A stretch of 64,000 nt of DNA from Mizuhopecten yessoensis (Eukaryota), in the NCBI RefSeq assembly GCF_002113885.1, contig NW_018408902.1, positions 2,329,490-2,393,489 on the forward strand, written 5' to 3'. A model generated the notes under the pieces. That model saw only the letters and a program-made list of their open reading frames with translations, made no database searches and was not told the origin of the DNA. Of the stretch, positions 12,659 through 23,600 are shown one piece after another (position 1 is the first letter of the stretch; every line of letters starts with the position of its first letter). A program made the translations under genes and the position numbers.

Positions 12659-14463
12659 AATGGACAGATCAAAATCAGTATGAATATCATCCAGTCAAGT
12701 GTGGTAAGTGCAGCCATCTTTTTCCATAGTAGAGTGTCTGAACACTGAGTGAGTTACCATGACAATTCTGTATAAAAATGTGGTGCGCAGACCACGAAAT
12801 ACTAGCTTAGTAACAGGAAAACTGGACTTACGATTGTTGGAATGATGGAACTCAACGTTTTTTTCTTCCTTTTTAAAAGAATAAAATACTTAGTAACAAT
12901 GTTATACCGAATGATTTGGTTAAGTTTATGAACATTGCTTGGTGTATTTCATGTTTCCTGGTAAATTTCAAACCAAATTTTAAATCATTCCAAAAATGAT
13001 GGTAGATAATGCATCCTTCTTAATTTGTTTACTGACAACAAAGAATCCTTCTTTATGTGTTAATTGACAACAGCTGCAAGTACACTTGGAAATGTCATTA
13101 ATATAAATTCCAGGATGCTGAAAGCTGCATATCCATGTTTTTTAAGAGAAAAGGAATATAGATGCACAGACTGCAATAAGGTGTATGCACTTTTAAAACA
13201 CACATGTAAAAAGGAATGTTACTTGCATCTTATAAAAAAGGAATGTTACTTGCATCTTATGAAAAATAAATATTTGTGAACATAATAACTTAATCCTACA
13301 AAATCCCCATAATAAAACAAGACACAGAGGAACGTTGTCATCAAGACACCATAAATCTAAATTCTCCGTAATAAAACAAGACACAGAGGAACATTGTCAT
13401 CAAGACACCATAAATCTAAAATCTCTGAAGATCTTACATTTGGAACTCAATCATACTGAATTACCAATTCTTGTATACTTATTTCCCAATATTTACAATT
13501 TATAAAAAAAAGTATGAAGTGTCTCGTCTAACAAGAACGGTTCCACTGTACATATATCCAACACAACACAACACAGTGTTTACAAACAACCATAGTACTT
13601 CCATACACGTATATAAAATGTGTCTTATTCACAATCAACTTCAATAAAATGCTTAAAATGCACATGAATTTAATATACCTAAACAAACACTTGAGTGATT
13701 CTGAGCTTATTGCATCAAATAAAAACATTCAGATGATTAAGACTCCACAAAATGGAAAGACCCTGTACTGGAAGTCATTCATCAACAAAAAATCAGCAGA
13801 AGGAGAAATACTCATACCATTGTATTTAATCATTTCTTAATCGCCAAATATCTGCATGATATATGTTACAAAAAACAATACTGAAATACAAACAAGCATT
13901 GAATTAACTTTTTTCAACTGAGCAGTCAATCTAGAACTGTTCTCACTTCAACCTTGGAGCCAATGTTCTTTTAATGGAAAAGAACTGTTCTGGACTTTCA
14001 AACTATATTGTTTACCTCCAAACCAACCTTATCCATTGTATTCATTGTCAGAAACTGTGAAAGTGTAATGCCCACCATAACAAGTGCACTAATGGTTGCC
14101 ACGTCAACATTGACTTCATGACCTTGAAAATTCACACAATAACGTCACTCATACAAGCATTCAATACACAATTTCAAATCTCTGCCTGTACGCTACATAC
14201 GTCTTTATTCCTTCTCAGATTATCTTTCCTATTGATCTGAGATCAGAAATTTGGGAAACTTCTACATTTTGTATGTAACACTGCTGAAATATCAATAGCA
14301 CTATTTTCAAAGAGATTCAAAGGTAGTATACAAGTGAAATAATGATATCCTTAAAACTAAAGAGATTTGCAGTACGCAGTTACACAATATTGTAATACAT
14401 GAACAGCTTCTTCACGGTAGTCATCAGCAATCATGAAACGTTATGGCCATTCATGGTTTTGAC

Positions 14464-14665
14464 TTAGGATGCTTTGGCCGCTAACTTGGCTTGTTCTTCT
14501 AAAAATAACAGTTGATCAACAAGAAAACAGTCACTGGGATTTTTTACAAAATGTCGCAGTCCTGCCATGATGTCTTCTTCAGCCGATTTGTCGTTGTATC
14601 GTGCGTCCTTCAGATAACTGTACGCCTTTTCAAACGCATCTTTTCCGAGCATCTTCTCACATTCT
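14464..14665 (-). CDS. NEK11: NEK11 exon 14 (ECEKMLGK...AAKAS*)
   Basis: Acceptor with a U12-like branch site; TAA stop at 14464-14466. Confidence 0.9.
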
Positions 14666-17600
14666 CTGAGGATGTAGTTAAGAAACCAACAAGAAGCACT
14701 GTCGATAATAAATCATAGATTCTCACTTCACAAAGAAACCCTTTTCTATGACCAGCAATTTTTTCTAAGTTTGAGAAAAACATCAATTTATGAAAATAAT
14801 TGATTGGTTAATTTGAATTTTGACTCTATACATTTTGGTAAATTTGTTGGTTAATAATGAAATTAAGCCACTAAATTGACTTTAGCATCAACACACTAAA
14901 TTTTATTCAAGCATCCATTCACAAAATTTGATTCAACAAAATTTACTTTAAAAAAATACTTTGGTAAAATCTCGGGAAGTTAAAGTACTCCAGTAAATGT
15001 GTAAGGATACAATCTAAGGTTTTTAATCTTCTGTTCCCGGGCTACCGGGCCAAATGCACCAGCCTCAATGTCATCTGCCAAGGTCATTGTTGACTCTGAA
15101 ATAATAATTATGATGAGTGAAATACAGATATTTGTAAAATCAATTCCCCCCTAAAATTTATTAAAATTAAAATATTTACATTCTGTATGCTTCAACCCAT
15201 TGATGAAAATGACATTCATTTTTTGCATAACACAGGTGATCTCATCATCGCGTATTGATACGCTACAATGATTTAGCACAGGGCGTAATTGGTACACGTC
15301 CACCGTGAAACAGCCCTCGATGTAGTAGTTTTGTATGCTAATATGAGTTAACATTAGACATTATTGGCTTGATTTTGAGGTAAAGTATATGATAGTAGTG
15401 TAGGACTTGTAGAAATTCTATAAATTAGATTAACAAAATTGAACTATATTTTGTTTGTTTTGTTGTTTCGCTGTTGCTAGGACCCCCATTGAAAGTTTTA
15501 TATTTTCCCACGAAAACACGCTATTCTCTCTACTGTGTTGGCCCCATGTATAAAAAGAAAAAATACCTGTTTTTTTTTAGTTATGCTTGCATCAGAAAAA
15601 ACAAGAGGCCCAGGGGCCTTAATAGCTCACCTGGTATTTTATTTTTCAATTTAAAACCTGCTGAGTACCATTCAGGTTTATCAAAGGAGTACAAGTAACA
15701 AAGTTGCATCTTCCATTTATAAATATTCAATTCCCTTTGCCCAAAGATTCTCTAAAACAAGTTTGGTTAGGTTAAAATCCCTTCAACGGTACAGAAGGAG
15801 AAGGATCTTTAATGTTTTCCTCTATTTCCCCTAATGGGCCCCACTAATCTGCCCCAAAGAAGGGGAATCCACACACCTCAGTTTAAACAAAATTGATTCT
15901 TTTCTCCCTAAGCATGCTTCAGACTGCATTTGGTTTAAATCCCTTCACTTGTATAGTAGGAGAAAAAAAATCCTCTATTTCCCCTATTGGGCCCCGCTCC
16001 TATGCCGCCAGAAGGCCCACACCCTCCGTTTATACAAACTTGAGTCTCCTTTGTCCAAAGATGCTCTAGGACAAATTTGGTCAAAATCCTTCAATTGGTT
16101 GAGGAGAAGATTTTTAAAGATTTACCTATTTTCCCCTATTTGGCCCCGTCCCTCTGCCCCCAGGGGGACCATACCCTCCGTTTATACAAAACTGAGAACC
16201 CTTTGGCCAATGATGCTCCTGACCAAGCTTCAGACTGCATTTGGTTTAAATCCCTTCACTTGTATAGTAGGAGAGAAAAAATCCTCTACTTCCCCTATTT
16301 GGCCCCGCCCCTCTGCCCCCAAAGAGGCCACACCCTCCGTTTATACAAACTTGAGTCTCCTTTGTCCAAAGATGCTCTAGGACAAATTTGGTCAAAATCC
16401 TTCTATTGGTTGAGAAGAAGAAGATTTTTAAAGATTTACCTATTTTCCCCCTATTTGGCCCCGCCCCTCTGCCCCCAGGGGGTTATACCCTCCGTTTATA
16501 CAAAACTGAGAACCCTTTGGCCAATGATGCTCCTGACCAAATTTGGTCAAAATCCTCTGAGCCATTCAGGACAAGTAGTATTTTAAAGGAAAAAGTTGCC
16601 GGACGCCGGACGCTGCACCATGGGATAAGCTCACTTGGCCCTTCGGGCCAGGTCAGCTAAAAATGTAAATATAAGGAATGAAATTTGTTTTTTCAACATT
16701 TATGAGGTCATAACAACATTGGCTTTCTGGCCATATTTACCAAGAATCGCTAACCCGACTCATGGAATATGTCCAGAAAGTCAATGTTTTTATGACCTCA
16801 TGAATGTGGAAAAAATAAATTGCATTCCTTAAATTATGCAATTCCGTCTTTTCGTATTGAAGAGTTATCTGCTCTTGTGAGCAGGTATTGATTGTTATGT
16901 CATTGTTTGTGTGAGAAAATAACGTCATTTTCTCAAAAATTTACTCTCACAAACAAATGACGTAACAATCAATTCCTGCTCACAAGAGCCGATAACTCTG
17001 CAATACAAAAAGACATAATGCATTCCTCTATTTACACAAAAGATTCTTTTCTTTATTTTCAAACTTATAATGATAAATTTTGCAACCAAATTTTGAAAAA
17101 TGTCTCGCTTTAAAAACATACAAGCCAACAATCCATCTCACTTATGTTCTTGACTCATTAGCATCAATTATTACCTACGAAACTGGTTTAATATTAAATC
17201 TACTTCAAAATATTATTTAGCAACATTGATTACATTAAATTCAAAGAAAACCCATCTTTCTTGCATGTAACCACAAAAACAACCTCATTTATTCCTTTGA
17301 TGTGAATGTTGTCCTATTAAATAGTCAGCTCATGAATTTACCAGAGAAAGTTTGACTATCATTATAGTCATTGTTATAGATACACCTTGAAGACATGTTA
17401 CCATGGATACCTACCAGCATCATCGCCCTGTTCTAACACATCCTGGAGACAGTTGAAGAAGGAATCCTCATCGTTAGAATGACCAATCACAGTGTCACTT
17501 CCTTTTGATTTGACAGTCAAGTTTTTGGCCTTGAGCGTGCTATCATTTTTTTCAACTACGGTCAACTGATTTTCGTCTTCAGAGTTCGAGTCCGAGTCAG

Positions 17601-20600
17601 AATTCTGAGTAAAGTCTTCATACTGGCTATAATAAGTGTCAGCAAGCTCTGGGCTCTCTGGTATACCTGTGAGTTGATTGGTCAATTCAGAAGTCAGTAC
17701 AATCATCGATTTACATACGTAGGAAACAAAATGATGTTCAATTTATAATTTGATTTTTTTTTACAATAACAAAGAATAGCATCTAGTGCAAGTAGCTAAA
17801 TTTGAAAATCTGATGTAAATCCTAATTAATTAGTTAAAATATCATGTTCATATATTTAATGATATCAATTCCAAGATCTGTATCTATATTTCAAGCTTCA
17901 TAGCTTTTTAATTTTTGGAAACTTAAGCTTAATGCAAAATTAAACGTAAACACTGATGGGCAAGTCCAAACTCAATATATCGTTTCCCAACTTTTGTCAT
18001 GGGTGACATGTAAGTCAGCAATGATCTGTCATGAAAACACAGGGAACAATTTAAAAAAAACACTGAAAATCAGAGAGAATCGAAATGAAGCATTCACATG
18101 TGTTATGGGTGGCAGTGAGGTTAGTTTTTGTAAGCAACACCGAAGGAGAAGTGTATCGGTATACTGTATACCAGCCATGATGAGCAACACTGGTAATGAA
18201 CCTATAAATATTGGTTGAACAGTCAAATACTAAAACAAAACATTTCAAAGTGATGAAGTATACATCCTTTCTCCAGCCTCTTCCTATGTAAGACACACAT
18301 CCCATGTGGAACACCCATGTAGGACATTTTGTGTCTCGCATGACCACACACACTGATCTCTAGTTCGGAAACTACATTGTTTCTAAATACTAGCTACAAT
18401 TTTTTTTAAAGGAAATAAAATTTTAAATATTCAATATCTTGTTGAGTGATGGTCTTAAACATTACATCATCTTAATGGGACATATCATTATCAAATTGTC
18501 ATTTTGATCAGCTGAGGATTTCTCTCGTAAAAACACGGATACTACATTGTTTTCTAAATACTAGCTACAAAATGTGTAAGTAGAAATAAAGTTTAAATCT
18601 GTTTAACATCTTGTCAAATGATGTTCTTAAACATTACATCATCTTTATGTGATGTATTATTTTCAAATTGCCATTTTGATCTGTCGAATAATATCTTCCG
18701 CCAAAACACTGTCAGCAACTGATTTTGTCTTATTGGAGTGAATAATTGTGAACCCATAATCCCCGACAAACGTTGATATTGGAAATAAACAAAGGTCCAT
18801 AACTCTGTTTAGTGGAAATAACGGGTATGTTAAATGAGCAAGGAAGTCCGATTTCTTGACACAATCAGATTTTTTAAATTTTAAAATGATATTATACATT
18901 GACCATCTATCTCAATTCACATACAAAGGAATTTTTTAATTCTAATAAACCTATCTACAAGGATTCTACATACAATATTGATTGATGCACTATGTATATG
19001 TATATATATATATATCTTTTTTGGTAAATGAATTTCTTTTCATTTCTCATGAAAAGAAATATGAGTAAATCTTACGTTTGTTGTCTGTAAAGAAAAGCAA
19101 ATAACGGTGTCAGTTTAACTCAACATGAACTATATAACTTGTGTAAAAAATTTCCCAAATTAAATTTGTTGTTCAAGCAAAAGTATTTTTGGGCACAGTT
19201 CAATCAAATTTTATTTACCTTGCTTGGTTCTTTATCTATTAGGTCACAACCAAAGGAAATGACTGATACCTCTTACAAGAATAAGTGAAACATGAACTAC
19301 CCAATATTTTAATTTTGTCATACAGACTTAAAGCCTTCATTTCTGAACTATATACCTGATTTTTTAAACAAAGATTATGACCACCCCAGAATATTAAAGG
19401 GAAGTGTTTCACAAACTTAATACCTAGATTTTTAACCAAAGATTCTTACCATCTCTGAAGTCTAAAGATGAATTTTTCACATCGTAAACCATTTTATCTC
19501 GTAAAGGTGTAATAGGTCTTTCGTCTGGACCCAAGATGACTGACGATAATTGAGCTTGGTCTACTGTTTTTGATGGTCTGAATTTTAATGTTTCCCGTTC
19601 ATCTTCAGCATCATCTGCTAGATATCTAGGTACTGCAAAACGACGAAGGAAAAAAAATATGTTCACATTTGTTTCCTTAACTTCCAGATCATTTTGTCAT
19701 TAATAGGTCTAGTTAATTTCCCATTCATCTGTTTTTCTAAAACAGTATTTAGTGGGCGTTGATGGAACAAGACTGCTAGTCAAAAAAGTCGGAATCACAT
19801 TTGTCTGATCATTGTTTTGCATGAAGGATTGGCTAAACGAATTCCACAAAAATATAGAAATCTTCAACCTACAAATGGTCATCCATTTTCATTAACTTCG
19901 ATACGAGTTCATTCAATGGAAACAAAAAAGATGATGAATATATAAATTACAGGTGAATGTTGTGTGGGAATGATAGAGAACCAGGGTACTCTCTATCTTA
20001 AACTGTTAGTAACATGTGATGGGGTGCACCTTGTCTACACTATGCTGTGAACAAATCTACTTATACTGCCATTACCTTCCATATTGATTGGTCAGTAATA
20101 TATGTGTATATTAAACAATATTCTAATTTCTTTCATACAGAAACTCTAAATTTTAAAAAGTTAACAGAACTTCATTATCTAAGCTTTCAGATATATTTTT
20201 CTTTCATATGAATTAATATTATGTCTTCTAGATGTACTTTTTTCTCTGTCTTCCAGATAAACTTTCCTCCTTTTACCTTTAAGAAATATTTTCTTTTCTT
20301 CGTCTTGTAGATATACTTTCTTCTCTTTATCTTTTAGATATGCTTTCTTTCCTTAGTGTTTAAGATATATCTTCTTTTCTGATAGTTTATATGATTATTC
20401 AATATAACTTGATGGCAGAATTGTATAACTTCAAGCTTAAAGCTGTTAAACTACTTAATTAGTCAATTGAAAGAACAAAGAACATGTTTCTCTCTCAATA
20501 TTTTAACTACCACACAAAGCACAAACACAAGGTAATGAGAGAGAGATAAGAGAGAACGCTCGGAGTTGTCTGTCCCTACCTGGTGCTGTTTTGAAATGAG

Positions 20601-23600
20601 CTGGAGTGACGGTTATTGCGGGAGGACTCTCTGGCTCCGATGATGTGGAGGAATTCCTACGGGGAGCTCCTTCAAATATTTTCCCCTCCCCTGCACCTCC
20701 CTGCCAGGCTGGAACCTGGAGAAGATGCAAAAGTAAGTCAGTGATTTATATGACATACCGTATCTAAGACAGAAGTAGATCAGCAACTTACATTATGTTT
20801 AGATCTACTTTGTAAGTATCGTAGATGTGTTTGCCAATAGATTTTGAAAGAGGCAAATGAGGATTCGGTATGTACACAATAAACATTAACTTAGATAAAT
20901 AAACAATCTTATCTTTTTGTATTTCATAGGAAGTTGATAAATACAAGAAATTCTCTCATTTAGTATTTTTTTTTTCGCTGAGAGATATTCAAAGATTTGC
21001 TTTCATAATGTTCTAATTTTTATAGAAATTTTATCTGTTTGTCCAACCACACACTGAACAGTATTAATTTAATTAACTTTTATAACTAAACGTGGGCAAC
21101 TCATTTAACGTAAGCTGGCCATCAATTGTCTCCAGATACTTACTGTTGTTTTATTGAGGTGACTCTTTATCTTCGATTTCCTCTCCTGGTTTGCTATAAG
21201 TTGTACTTTGGCGACCTCCCTGTGATAAAAAAAAATCATCAATGATATTCTTTTTACTAATATCATTGTACCATTATTCTCTCCGAGTCTAAATACCTTA
21301 AAATCTCCCCTTTATTACCAACCACATGACTGTTAGAGATTGTCTCCCCTTTATTACCAACCACACAGCTGTGCGGACAGATTATCTCCCCTTTATTTCC
21401 CCTTAAAATTTAAAAAGTTCCACAAAATTTGTAATGACTATGTCTTGAGGCTTTTTACACAGGCAATATGTTACAGAAAGAAAATAGCAAGTACTTATAC
21501 AATAATCTTTTCATTTAAAAGAGATATATAATAATCCTTTGCAGACGGTCAAAATTTGGTAGAAAGGGACTGGCCCCTGTGATCTTACTTGAGTCTCAGA
21601 GCATCCTCGTCTGCCTGAGCCATCTTTCTCAACCTCATCCTCTCTCGTGGGGGCAGGTTTTTGTACTTGACCTCCTCCTCAGTCAATCGCAGATCACTCA
21701 GGTGTGATTTCTCACGTCTACAGAGCAAAGTTGACAATTGGGATATTTCACGACTTACACTCAAAAAGAGACATTGAATTGATAGAATATAAGCTTTCCC
21801 CATGTATAGGGGTAAAGAAGTACGAAATATCTCCCTAAGAATTATGATAAAATATGCATAAAACTTGTATTGAGGGTTCAAAAAGGAATTTATATTACCC
21901 CTTCAGAAGGATGGAGAGGGTATGTAGAATGGCCTGACATTTGAGAAGGATTAGGAGGTTTTATGTAATTTATATACATTTAATATCATAAATTACCCAA
22001 ACTTACAATAATCGTGCTATCTCCTCAGCCTCTGTGCTGGCATTGTCTTGATTACGAGCTTGGTAATCCTTAGACATTTTCTGAAGAAGGAACAAAAGAT
22101 AAATGTTTTAAAATATTTTCTGAAGGCTGACCTAACTTAATATTCATCATTATCTTTCTCAATGAAAATTTTGAAATTTTAAAGATTTTTTCTTATTTGA
22201 GATTTATTTTACCTTTTATAAAGGAAGGCCAACTTTAAGCTTAACTATCCTCATACCACTACCAAAATCTGATGAAAGTTGCAATTATAATTGGAAACTT
22301 TTCTCGCCAGCATGTAATAGCATTCATAAATTATTCCTGAAAAGAAATCCCAACGTTAGGAAAGTTTTATGAAAAATGAATCTGCCTGAAGCTGATTTTG
22401 CAAATCACAGTTGAAATAGCAGGATGGTACAGAAGTATTTTGTGATAAATGAATGCTATTGGATTTAATTTGGCAAACCTAAAGCAGTGCTCTTTTTCTA
22501 ATTCTGTTATTTTGTGACAAATAACTAACAATAAATCATTAAGAATCATGTGTGCTTCTTTCACTCAAGAACTTAATCTTATTTATATTTATGTGTTAAT
22601 CAACCTTGTTCTATGTTGAGGAACTGCAAACAGGTTCAAATAGTTGAAACAGTTGCAAAGCACTAAGTGACTATAGCTTATACATTGTATGTGGCCAGAG
22701 GGAGACATCTACCTGGGGTGGTGATAAGTGGGAGACCACAGGCCTGTTCTATACGTGGACCAACCAGTGTGTCTATTAAAACGTAATACTTCAGGGATAA
22801 AGCCTGACATGCTACTATTAATACGGGCAATGAAAGTCTTTCTCAAGGCTTGCAAGACAACAACATCAAATACAAGATCCATCCCTATTTCATAAATAAA
22901 CATTTCTGGTCCAACTGTTTGATATGGGATAAACACAAATGCAACCTCTGTACTCTCAGAATGTGGTTGGTAATATTAAAAGGGGAGACACTCTGTACTC
23001 ACAGCTATGTGTGTTTTTCAGAGGTCTCTACACAACTATAAAAAGACAATTGCAATGTAATGCCCACAATGAACGGTTTACAAACTACACAGTAAAATAA
23101 AAGTCGCCCTCATCTCGTTTTTGCCATGTAAAATGAAAAAAATAATACCGCCCTGCCGCATCTCTTTTGAATAAAATTGGCCTGAGAACCAAGTAATTAA
23201 TTTTATTTGGCCTTACAGCTATATGTGTTTGATAATAAAGGGGAGACACTCTCTACCAACAGCTATGTGTGTTTGGTAATAAAGGGGAGACACTCTGTAC
23301 CAACAGCTGTGTGTTTGGTAATAAAGGGGAGACAATCTGTACTGACTGCTATATGTGGTTGGTAATAAAGGGGAGACACTCTGTACTGACAGCTATGTGG
23401 TTGGTAATAAAGGGGAGATAATCTGTACTTACAGCTATGTGGTTGGTAATAAAGGGGAGACAATCTGTACTGACAGCTATATGTGGTTGGTAATAAAGGG
23501 GAGACACTCTGTACCAACAGCTATATGTGGTTGGTAATAAAGGGGAGACACTCTGTACTGACTGCTATATGTGGTTGGTAATAAAGGGGAGACAATCTGT

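Noticed and set aside
15949-16660. ORFs of 90-169 aa
   Set aside because: They lie in the satellite core of a non-autonomous element; no protein motifs.
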